A stretch of 64,000 nt of DNA from Rhizophagus irregularis (Eukaryota). Of this stretch, positions 14,114-25,155 are shown one piece after another; position 1 is the first letter of the stretch; every line of letters starts with the position of its first letter. The notes beneath the pieces are model-generated. The model searched no databases. It was not told where the DNA came from and saw nothing but the letters and a program-made list of their open reading frames with translations. The translations under genes and the position numbers were made by a program. The DNA lies in contig NC_089433.1 of assembly GCF_026210795.1 (NCBI RefSeq), forward strand, positions 2,914,001-2,978,000, in the 5' to 3' direction.

Positions 14114-16108
14114 TGAGCTTGGCGAAATCGTGGAATTAATAATTTAAAATAATTATAATGCAAAATTTTACTAGTCGGCGGAAGACCTGTAACAGTTTTC
14201 GAATTTCTACGATAATTACAATATTATATGATGTTTTTAAAATTATAAAAGAATTTATTGTTCAATAAACTTATTGTACTCGCAAATTTATTAAAATCAG
14301 TAGAACAAGAGATAATGTAAGAAATCCTCCGTTTAAAATGTTAAATGTCTTGGGTGGTAGCTCAATTTCGTGACAATGGGAGTGATGATCTGATGTTGAT
14401 CAATGGATTATCCGAAAAAATTCTTGAGTCTACATGCGTTTTATTACCGCTCTAGCATACCATATGTAAGTGCGTTGTTTCAATTAAATCTTTTAATAAT
14501 TGTTAAAGCTAATAAATTATTACTTTTTAAGATACAAAATATCGTTTTAAATTTTGTATAATATTTTGCGCGATATTAGTGGTGCCGACATAACTGAAAC
14601 CAAATACTAAAATTGTTTTATTATTTTAGGTTTAGCTAGTTGCATACAATACGCAATTTGATAACAATACATTCCAAAAAATTTGTTTTCATCATAAAAT
14701 AATCATGAAACTCAAAAAATTTTTCTGAAGAAAACTCCGATAAATGCTTATTTTTCGGCATGTGATCAATTTTCTAAAAAATTTTTTTATCAACAATTAT
14801 AATTCCGTTAAAACTCCATTAGTTCACTACGCGAATACATCTATCAGAATTAAGATTTTTAAGCCGGAATGTGTTATATGTGTTATACGGTATAGTGTAT
14901 ATAATAATATAATTCTGAAGATTATTTACATTATAGTTTTTTTAATTGTAAATATTATTAATAGGGAATAGAGATATCTAGAGATATCGGCCGAAGACCT
15001 GTAATCTACACGATACTAGTAATTAATAAATGCGTTACTAATTTTTTTTTAAAAAAAAAAAATCGGCCGAAGACCGTTACTAATACTGATTTCAATATTG
15101 GATATCTAATAACAATACCAGTCATTAAAATCCCGCATATTCCTAATCGACTGAACAATAATTTTATTATAATAATATTAATATAAATCGCATGAATCAT
15201 ACGCATCATACGCGTATCCAGATAAATTTGATGGTGGCAATATGATCAAAATTTTTTTGGGGGAACTACTGCAATTCCGTTAATATTGTCTACAGTATAT
15301 TATGTCAGATTAATCCTTCTTTTTTCTTATTTAAAATTTTTTTTATTAACAAGTTTCAGAATATGTGTTTATTGGAACTTTGGTTCTCAAATTCTAAACC
15401 ATGTGTATAATTTTACCATTTTAGCAATTTAGAACAACGTTCGTAACGCCTCAAATGATAAAATTTTCACTTGATACAAATATTCCGTTTTACATCAGGA
15501 CCCTAAATAGGTAACAAGAGGGCTTAATATATAACTCTACGCATCTCTTCAGGGTCAAAGTTACATAAAGCCGCCTGGCATTGTTCAAAAAAGGAAGGAT
15601 CTACATATTAGTTTAGGGTTCATTCTACGTATTGTTACCTTTTTATGTATTTGATAAATGATACCACGGGGATCTGCAAGAAACCGATTGTAATAAGGAA
15701 TAATAGTAATAATAATATTTCACATTAATTATTTCATGGCGTAAGGGCTTGAAAATCATTGTTTTATAAATAATAGCCATTATTTATATATATGTACATA
15801 TATATTATTTCTTTTAAAGAAAAGAAGAGTAACACAAAATTTTCATATTGTTTCATAGCTACCACGTGTGATCCTTACCAAAATCGGTTAAATCCATTTT
15901 TGATTGTTAATAATAAGAAAAAGAATTGTTGTAATTTAGAATGACACCTCATTTAGGTTACGCTTACGTCCTTGAAAACTTTCTAGAAATGGGACTATTT
16001 ACTTGATATCATCTTTGATTTGTAACTTAAAACGTAATAATTGCAATTACATCAAATAATAATAACAAAAAAAAAAAACTTTTGTATATTATACTATCAT
16101 TTTAAACT

Positions 16109-16215
16109 CGAAACATTTAAGGATTGTTTTACGAAAAAGAGTATCAAGATATTTCCAATATAATCGGATTAGAATTTTAGTATTATTTTACGTTTGTTTC
16201 GAAATATTATAAATA
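16109..16215 (+). promoter_or_regulatory. Putative promoter of peptide gene A: CGAAACA motifs and TATA box
   Basis: cgaaaca at 16109-16115, tgtttcgaaata at 16195-16206, tataaata at 16208-16215. All are retained in copy B. Confidence 0.5.
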
Positions 16216-16340
16216 TGACTTCAAATTCTCTTTCAAATTTTCTATCAAATAAAACAAATCTCAAAAAAGTTAAATTACTTTAAATCAAAAAAAAAAACTT
16301 CACAAAGACTAATAATTTTAAAATAACAAATCGAATCAAA

Positions 16341-16436
16341 ATGAATCCAATCATCAATACCAAACCAGTTGTTATTGTCACTTCTGAAGTAACTGAAAAA
16401 CCGGGTAATCCTACCAACTCATGTTCTATCATGTAA
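16341..16436 (+). CDS. Candidate farnesylated lipopeptide (a-factor-like) pheromone precursor A, 31 aa: MNPIINTKPVVIVTSEVTEKPGNPTNSCSIM
   Basis: A-rich start context (caaaATG), no signal peptide, terminal CaaX box CSIM directly before TAA, upstream TATA, near-identical paralog with conserved frame. Confidence 0.75.
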   Translation: MNPIINTKPVVIVTSEVTEKPGNPTNSCSIM

Positions 16437-17295
16437 AACGCAAGTTTTACTTTGAAATTTACTTTGAAAAAAAGTTTTTACTCTACAATTGTTCTTTTTA
16501 TTACTTCCGACGGATATAACTGAAGAACGGAATAATTCCTCTTATTTTACTGACCTGATGCTTATTATCTCCTTAACGATTTTTACAAAAATGAATCAAT
16601 TTATTTTTTATTTTTTTTTTAATTTTAATTTATCTTGTAATTTATATGTCCGGAACGCAGTTCTAAATTCCCTTTATTAATATTATCCCAACTTTTATTA
16701 ACTTTATAACACGTGATTTATAATAATAAGCGATGGGTTCGTTTACCTAGTTGTAAATATTTTTATCTTATCTTAATAATAAAAAATTTTGAATCGTAAT
16801 CTATTAACAAATTTTAAATATGTGTATCGTTTTAAAAGTGTTTATATTAATGAATTTTCTATAAATTAAATCTTGAATTCATGATTTATATCATGAAAGA
16901 AATATTGATTTTTGACTTTGAAAATAAGTTGAATGAATGAAAGTTAAAATTGAGAAATGTAATCCTTAAAAGCATCAGCAGCGGCAGCAACAGAACCGGC
17001 GGTAGTAGAACTAATTTAATAAGTAAAGAGAAATTTTTGTACAGGCAAAATTATATTCAAATGAAAATATAACAATGATCGTATTGTTCTTTTCTATCAA
17101 AAAAAAAAAATAATAATGAGAAAATACTGGTTAAGTAGAATTCATTTTCTTCAAGCAAAATAAAATTCAAAGTAAAAAATTAAACGAACATAAATAATGA
17201 ATATTACACTTATTATTTATATTAATTTTAGCAAAATTATAATTAAAGTTAAAATCCAATGTAAATTTTCTCATGTCCCACGCTTTTATCATACT

Positions 17296-17459
17296 TTTTT
17301 TTTTGTCCGGAGCGGAGCGAAGGACAATATATGTCATCTACGCACTATGAAAAAAAATTGATCACGTGAATTTCTCTGTCCGCCACGTGATCGTCATCCA
17401 ATGAAATCGCAAATTTTAGTTTTTCGCTCTCGGACTTACAACGGTTCCCGTTTCCTAGT
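17296..17459 (+). mobile_element. Short Helitron/Helentron-like non-autonomous element
   Basis: T-run then gtccggagcggagcgaaggac, subterminal inverse ctctcggac, and 3' hairpin aacgg-ttc-ccgtt followed by ctag|t. Confidence 0.45.
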
Positions 17460-18551
17460 TTAATTTGTCATTATTTCTAGGCGCTTTAATAAATTGATCA
17501 CATGTTTGAGTTTTTTTTTTTAGAGAATTTTTTATAGGGTTTCATAATGATAAATTTAGCAATAAAAATTTAATTAGAGATTTTTACTTAAAAATCCTCT
17601 ATATTAATTATTATTATATAATTTGTTATCAAATATCAGATATATATTATATACAAATAATTACTAATTCTGGAAGAGAAATTAGTTATGTATAAGGAAC
17701 ATGTAAAACTTACCAATGCATTATGGGATATCCTAATGTTTTGAAATCAATTCAATCAATTCATAAAAAATCTAAAAAAGACATAACAAGGATATGCATG
17801 AAACAGATTTAATTGAGAAATAAAGGTCATGAACTGTATTAAGGAGAGAGAAAATTATCAAACATTTAAAAAGAGAGATTTTAGTTTATAAAATCTTAAG
17901 AATTTGAGTTTTTTTTTTTTACTGAGACATTTCTTTTTTTATTTAAAAGTCCTCGTGAGTTAAAATAATAATTTAATCCTTTTGATTTACATTTCGCAAG
18001 TCAAGCTGCTGTGATTTGAATCATATAAATTAAAATTGGTTTATTTGGATTCTAATTCATATGCTACTAAATTGATCATTTCTAATTTTGAAAATTTGAT
18101 CATTAATTTGTAAAGATGCTAAATGATTTTTTTACTAGCAAGAAAATATTATTCTTGAAAATTGCAAAACATTATATTTGCAAATATTATATTTACGATA
18201 ATATGAAATATTATAATGAAATGTTACTAGTTTACTAGTTGATGGAAGAACTAAAATTAGTTACATAACAGTTTTCGAATTTTCTTTAATAATTACATGA
18301 TATCATTTTTTTTTTATTCAGGAAATAAGGTTAAATCTATTTTTGATTGTAATCCTAATTTAATAATAAGGATTGTTGTGATTTAGAATGACATCCTATT
18401 TTGGTAGGTTTACGTCTTTGAATACTTTCCTGAAATTGGTAAATGCATAAATCAAAAAGAAGGGGTCTATTTATTTTTGATTGGTAACTTAAAACAACAA
18501 TTGCAATCGTATCAAATAATAATAATGAGGAAAAAAAAAAAAATTTAAACT

Positions 18552-18645
18552 CGAAACATTTAAGGTATCAAGATATTCCGATATAATCGGGTTAGAATTT
18601 TTAGTATTATTTTTGATATTCGTTTGTTTCGAAACATTATAAATA
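18552..18645 (+). promoter_or_regulatory. Putative promoter of peptide gene B: CGAAACA, palindrome TGTTTCGAAACA, TATA box
   Basis: cgaaaca at 18552-18558, perfect 12-bp palindrome at 18625-18636, tataaata at 18638-18645. Confidence 0.5.
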
Positions 18646-18787
18646 TGACTTCGAATTCGCTTTCAAATTTTCTATCAAAATAAAAAATCTCAAATAAAAA
18701 AAAATCTCAAAAAGTTAAATACTTAAATCAAACGAACAAAAAAAAACTCCACAAAAACTAATAATTTAAAAAAAAAATCAAATCAAA

Positions 18788-18883
18788 ATGAATCCAATCA
18801 CCAGTACCAAACCAATTGTTATTGTCACTTCTGAAGTAACTGAAAAACCGGGTAACCCTACCAACTCATGTTCTATCATGTAA
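18788..18883 (+). CDS. Candidate farnesylated lipopeptide (a-factor-like) pheromone precursor B, 31 aa: MNPITSTKPIVIVTSEVTEKPGNPTNSCSIM
   Basis: Same architecture as copy A: 4 nucleotide differences in 96, no indels, identical C-terminal 21 aa including CSIM-stop. Confidence 0.75.
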   Translation: MNPITSTKPIVIVTSEVTEKPGNPTNSCSIM

Positions 18884-19597
18884 AACGCAAGTTTACTTTG
18901 ACCTTTTCTTACTTCCGACGGATAACTGACGAACTGAATAATTCCTCTTTTTTACTGACCTGGCACCTTATTATCTCTTAACGATCTACAAGAATGAATC
19001 GTAATTTATATGTCCGGAGCGACGGAGCGTAGTCCTTTCTATCATAATTCCCTTTTGGATTAAACTATTTCCTTTTAATCTTTGTATTTATTTGTAACAT
19101 GTGATTTATAGTTACACGGATTCACAATAAGCGACGGACTTACTGTATATTATTTTATTTTATTTTATTTTAATAATAAAAATTTTGGATCGAAATTTGT
19201 TAACAAAATTTAAATATGTGTATCGGTTTAAAGTGTATATATTAATGAATTTTCTATAAAATAAATCTTGGATTTCATCATAAAGGAAAGATTGGTTATT
19301 GGCATTGAAAAAAAGTGAAATGAAAATTAGAATCTAAAGCTTAACTAACTAATTTTATAATAATTAATAATAACAGGCAGGATACGTAAAAGGAGAAATT
19401 TTCGTACAGGCAATATTTTATTCAAATGAAAATAAAACAATTGATCGTTCTTTTCTATCAAAAAAAAAAAATTTCTTTAAACATTGTTGAAATAAAAAAT
19501 CTATTGTCAAAATAATGAGAAAATACTGGTTAGGTAACCCAAATAAATTGGGTTACGCACTCATTTTTCCAGCACATTTGTGCAATCCTGTATCACA

Positions 19598-19856
19598 TAC
19601 AATAAGACCGTCGGTCTTTTTAAGGACCGCAGTCTTTTAAGACCGATCGGTCTTTTTTCTTTTTTTTTTGCAAATAAAGAAATTTTTTTAGCTTTAAATT
19701 TAATTTTATCATATGAAGACCGGTATGAGGACCGGTCAGTCCTCAGGTCCGGTCCTACTGCGCCACAAAAAATGCAAGACCGCGGTCCGGTCCTACAAGT
19801 CATGGGACTGACCGGTCCAGGACCGAATAGGACCGGTAGAACCGATGAACATCCTT
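19598..19856. mobile_element. Partial copy of GGACCG-rich MITE
   Basis: Reverse-complement match to about 24383-24625. Ends in agaaccgatgaacatcct, similar to the termini of the fuller copy. Confidence 0.75.
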
Positions 19857-19859
19857 AAT

Positions 19860-21050
19860 CGACTTCTTTAATTCATCCAACCTGAATTCCACGAGCCAAA
19901 ATATGATCATTGGCATAGTCTTTCTTTGCGATCACCAAATCTGTCGTCCCATCTATTTCGAAAGAGAGCGCATGATAAAAGTTCCTTTTTTGATCTAATG
20001 TCATAAAAATCACTTGTAGCAGAAACTTACATTTGCCAACTTTTTTCGAATAATCAATAGGCCATTATTCGCACTAATTCCATGAAATTCTATCATTTAC
20101 TTATGTAACTCAATAATAATATGTATATTATTTCGGGAGGTTGTATAGGAAATAAATTTACAACTTTGTTTGGGGAACAAATCTAATACCATTTAGAGTA
20201 ACAGGGCGGACATCCTCATATTATCACATTATTGCCGATCATTTTGCCGATCATCTATTTTAATATTATCACATAAAAAATACCATTTTTTTGCAAATTT
20301 AACTATATAAATTTTATTTGTTATCAAAATTCATCCAAAGTCCGAAAATTAATGTTTTCAAATCCAAAAATTAACTAAAACCCAAAAATGGGCTGAATTT
20401 TAATAATAATTAGAAAATTAAATTATTTTAATGATATTGTGACAACCAGTGATTAAAATTTAATTTTTGTTAGTTTTTTAGATTCATCTCGTCAAGACAA
20501 ACATTTTGATAGTAATTTCATAAAATTTTTACACTAAATTGATTGAGAAATTGCATTTTGAAAATTTCTATTTATTATATAGATTATAACAAATATAATT
20601 GCAAGTATAAATTTAGCCATAACTTCTTGATTACCTAAAATTAGGAATGATTACTTCGGCCATTGATTTTAAATCAGTTAAACTATGACCCATAAAAGTT
20701 TCAAGTTTCGGCCAAACTTCTGTGACTTCGGCCGAAGCTTTAAAGTCTGATATCACCCAATTTACTATAAGATCGGCAAATGATCGACAAGGTGATATAA
20801 GGATGTCCGCCCTGTTATTTAGAGTAGCCGCAATATCTACATTAGGATCACAAGGTTGCTCGAGTCGAAAAGGACGTTAACTACCCATAGTATAAATAGC
20901 CTTGTTGCAGTTTCATTGAATTCAGGCTCGTTCACTTGTTTAATTAACTTCTTAAGCTCATAAATGGTTATGTTATTTCCTGCTATGATTCTGAAATAAC
21001 AATCAGCAGGTTTACCATGAAAAAGACAGTTAAATGTGATCTCAAATCCA
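19860..21050 (-). pseudogene. Crinkler (CRN)-like effector remnant interrupted by a MITE
   Basis: ITFNCLFHG...F.I....TIYELKKLIK...EF...A..F.LWVV matches the CRN N-terminal ubiquitin-like domain pattern. An NNIHIIIE (HVLV-like) boundary motif lies on the other side of the insertion near 20110-20135. Stops and frameshifts are present. Confidence 0.7.
20200..20816. mobile_element. MITE with 9-bp target-site duplication (Mutator-like by TSD length)
   Basis: TIR aacagggcggacatcct / aggatgtccgccctgtt. Identical flanks atttagagt at 20191-20199 and 20817-20825. Confidence 0.9.
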
Positions 21051-22704
21051 ATAGCCAACAGGAGGTGAAAGAGTAGCAATAGTTAAAGTAGCTGAAGTGG
21101 ATGGAATAGACTTAATAGACTTCTTGGTAGTTGAAGTAGGATTTGACTAATTTAGGATTGAGGTTTAGCAGGTTTTTTTCCCTGACTTACAGAGAAATCT
21201 TTGTAATACAGAATACATTTCCAATTACACTGGGTTTATTATCAATTAATTAAATCAAAGTTTATAACACTAACTATATCATGGAATGTGTATTACTAGT
21301 TGAATATCTATGCGTAGTTAGTATGTCGTTAGTATCTATACAATTATGTAATTTTCAGCAGTTTACCCGTCTTTTTTGAAATAAAATAAAATAAACTAAA
21401 CTAAACTAATTATGTCATGTGCAAAGTGACATATAAATCAAAGATTTTTTCTCGTGATCGTGTTAGGTTATTAAATAAATTCTTCTAAGAAGTTTCCTAT
21501 TAGTTCATGTCCACTAGCTAGGCATGTTGTTAAGACTTTTGATGTATTTTTTGGAAGAGTAAAGATATCGCAAGATTTGAACGGAGGGTGACCAGAGATA
21601 TAATTAATATGACAGCGAGGATAACCTACTGGAACTGGAGGTAAGGATTCCAAACACTTTCTCAGCATGTTCACGATTGCATAAATTTTCTGAAGGCTTC
21701 AACGACAATTCTTCAAACGTTTGATCATGGGGCCATGATGGTAAGTAACAGTACTAATAATAGCCATTCAGGAAAAACTCGATATTGATGAAAATGCCCT
21801 TTTATTGAAATTTTAAAGACCTTTCTATTAACAAAGTCAAAGATGTCTTTATGATTCCTTAGGAATCAAAAATGAAGTCTACTGGCTACATTTGTAAGTA
21901 GGCTAACAATTAGATTGGTGTGTTACATATAAAAAACCGGTTTTGTAATTTTAGGCTAGACCAAATCTTTCCTCTTTGTGTTTAAACTAAAATAAGTAAT
22001 TTAACAAACAAACTTAATGGCAATCATGCAATGTTAAGCCCACTCCAAATCCTGATTTTTTCAAGGCTTAAGAATATCTATTGTCGAAAGAAAAATCTCT
22101 CACATCATTATCATTATATAACAATTTTTATTTGAAAATAAGGATATTTAATTTTTAATGTGTAAATTATTTCGAAATAAAGGCTGCAAAATAACGATCT
22201 AAAATTAGAATTTTTTTTTTCTCGAGAGAAATTTCATTTCACTCGACGAAAAAACTAAAAATACAGAAATATTTCTTTTTAAGGAAATAATTTAATTTAA
22301 TTGGATTTTCATTTAACAATAGATAAAGTAATTTCATACCGCATTTCCCACATTTCATAACTTTTTGTGTGACATGTCAATAAAAACTTTTCGGTAAAGA
22401 AGTTTCTTCGCTTTGTTATGACTTATGATATTGATTTATTTGATATGTTCAATATTTTATTCTTCATTCACTCAATGAAAAAAAAATTTCTTTTATTGCT
22501 GGAGATAAATCTATGACACATTATTATTTATCTCTTTTAAGATTATGCCGCAGGAGGTGAAATACATATAAAAATCCCAACTTTCCGCTTTATCCAAAAG
22601 ACAACCACATTAAGATTTATTTCCTCTAAATTTAAATAAAGGATATACAAATATATAAATATATACACATACAGACATACTTATATAATATATATACAAC
22701 AAAT

Positions 22705-23718
22705 ATGAAGCTTCAATATCTTCTCTTTGCATTATTCACGGTTTTTGTAATACAAGTTCAAGCTAACGGAGGTTACGATGATTACGAGCAATGGGAACAC
22801 AATTTTCCTGATACTTGTCAAGAACTTTTCAAAACTGAACATTGTAATGAATGTCAATCGTTAATGTGGAATCATTTCAAAAATCCTGGTCAATGTGCTA
22901 CTGCTTTCAATCTTGGCCGTGATATTTTTGAAATTATAAAAGATTCCGGTGAAGAACCAAAACCTTATGATCTTACATTCTTTAAGAAAGGTTTAAATAA
23001 ATATTGTCATGAAGAATTCCATTGTAGTCAAGATAAAGTTGAGAAGATTTATAATAATATACAAAAAGTCTGTAAACATGAATTAAGTGTTAAATTTGAT
23101 TGGAGTGATAATCCTGAAAATTTTAAAAATATTACCGCTTACGCTGCTTATGGTACTTTGCTCACTTATTACACTGGAATTCCTGCCCGAGAAGCTCTTT
23201 GTACTAAAAACAAGCATAATAATGGTGAGTTGTGATTTTAAAGTACAATCTTATTTAATGTTCTTTAGTGTATATCTTAAAATGTAACATTTGTAACTCT
23301 CAATTATATAGATTTCTATAGTTTTGAATTCATTGAGAAACTCACTCAATGGGTAAAGAATGAAACAAACGCTGATCCAAAGGCTGTTGTGACCCACGAC
23401 CTTAAATTTGTTATCAAAGGAAATGGAAAGAAAGTTCGTGTTCCAAAATCGTTCTTTTGCGATCCATGTTGGAGAAAGATAGCCCATATCTATGGTGATT
23501 ACATCAAAGATCATAGATTGAAGAAATCTGTCGAAAAGAATATTTGGGGATCTTGTCATGACTTAGAAAAACTATATCTCCCACATTGCACTTATAAACG
23601 TGGTTTAGGTGAAATTTTGAAAGATAGAAGTGATTCTAAATTAAGTGAACGTAACGCAAATCCTGCTTTTGGCGTTTTAAGTCATCGTATGAATAAATTA
23701 CATTCTTTAGCGATTTAA
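22705..23718 (+). CDS. Secreted cysteine-rich protein, about 309 aa, unknown function
   Basis: Signal peptide MKLQYLLFALFTVFVIQVQA. Exons 22705-23224 and 23312-23718 join in frame. 12 Cys including two CxxC. TATA-like tataaaa near 22567. Confidence 0.85.
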
Positions 23719-24382
23719 AAATCTTTTAGATAATAATCTAGACTATAGAGATGGATATTATAAGATTATGATTTTTTTAGATTCTTTTTAGACATAACTA
23801 TTCTAATTATTTTATTATTAATAAGTTTATCATTTAAATCTTCCTTTTGCTCAATTGTTCACATTTTCATGAAATGTTATAAAATACATATAAATAAATT
23901 CGTTCATAATTTTTAATTTCATTTAACGCAGAAAAATCAATACTGTACACATTTTTATACAATTCATTTGCTAGGTGCTATATCTTTTCTATTTTAACTA
24001 AATGATTCGTAGTTTATTTTTCTGTATTATTCCAACTAGCAATAGCAGAATTCTTTTGTATTATACTTCTCTTGTTTTGACCTATCTTTAAATTAATATT
24101 TGTATTTGCTACAATAAAATCATCAGTATGAATTCTGGTTTACTTGGCACTTTCTAACTAGTCTAATAACTCCGAGAAGTTTATTTCCATGCCTTAAATA
24201 TCAACACTTTTATTTTGTTAATCAAAAAATATTAATATAAGAGCTGCAGATTTAAATTTATACGAGAGAATATCGATCTAACTAATAACTATGCATGGTC
24301 GTAGCAAAATTTATTTCACAATAAATTTATTCGACTTCATTTCACTAAATTACCTGATAAAAATTTACCTGGTTCCATTTAA

Positions 24383-24724
24383 GATAGTTATCGGTCCTAC
24401 CGGTCCTACTCGGTCCTGGTCCCAGGACCGGACCGCGGTCTTGCATTTTTTGTGGCGCAGTAGGATCGGTCTCGAGGACTGACCAGTCCTCATACCGGTC
24501 TTCGTATAATAAATTAAATTTAAAGCTAAAAAAATTTTTTTATTTGCAAAAAAAAAGAAAAGAAAAAAGACTGATCGGTCTTAAAAAGACTGCGGTCCTT
24601 AAAAAGACCGACGGTCTTATTATATGCGGACCGAAAGACCGCAGTCCTACACCAAGACGGACCTGTCCGTCTTTTTAAGGTGTAAGACCGTAGGACCGCG
24701 GTCTTTTAGGACCGATGACCATCA
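24383..24724. mobile_element. GGACCG-rich MITE, near full copy
   Basis: Imperfect terminal inverted repeats gatagttatcggtccta / taggaccgatgaccatc. Many internal ggaccg/cggtcc motifs. Homologous to 19598-19856. Confidence 0.75.
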
Positions 24725-24956
24725 ATTTACAGAAACACTATAATATAAAACCCTGAATTCATAATATACAAGCTCTTACTGGCTACTGCAACCCATTCAC
24801 TTTGAGAGAGAAATCAAAAAAATACATGCTATATAAGTAATCACCCACAACTCGTCCGCGCCACAACTCGTCCGCACTCTCCACCCGCACGCTCCGCAAC
24901 ACCCACTTACATACATACCTTCTCCACAGTCCACACCCACTTTTTTAAGGAAGCTT

Positions 24957-25155
24957 CCCTGTAAAAAATCTGATCCGTGTTTTATCTTTCCATGTTTTTT
25001 CCGTGAATGTATCATTTTCATGGAATTTATAGCCTTAAATCATGGAAATTTTCATCTCGCTAACACGGATATCCGTGAATGTATCATTTTCACGGAATTT
25101 TTACGGAAGACACGGAGAAATAATGGAAATATTCGGATAAAAATTTTTTATAGGG
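24957..25155. mobile_element. Small MITE with CCCT...AGGG ends and 3-bp TSD (ctt)
   Basis: ccctgtaaaaaatctgatccg versus cggataaaaattttttataggg, with ctt on both flanks. Confidence 0.7.

Larger units (their letters stand above)
12073..17136 (+). repeat. Tandem segmental duplication, copy A (expanded by insertions)
   Basis: Colinear blocks about 12073-12217, 12660-12855, 13910-14225 and 15886-17136 match 17664-17827, 17843-17930, 18079-18300 and 18330-19536. Confidence 0.8.
17664..19536 (+). repeat. Tandem segmental duplication, copy B (compact)
   Basis: See copy A: same block order without the intervening insertions. Confidence 0.8.

Noticed and set aside
16215..16283. Short ORF MTSNSLSNFLSNK... 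upstream of peptide gene A
   Set aside because: Its ATG abuts the TATA box, so it is probably not transcribed, and the frame is not preserved in copy B.
19561..19858. Track ORFs on both strands (80 and 92 aa), also 24291-24482 and 5946-6268
   Set aside because: They lie within non-coding MITE sequence and have no protein-like motifs.
19598..24724. Inverted GGACCG repeats flanking the secreted-protein gene as a composite (Pack-type) transposon
   Set aside because: The right copy has both of its own termini and the left copy's terminus faces inward, so these are independent insertions.
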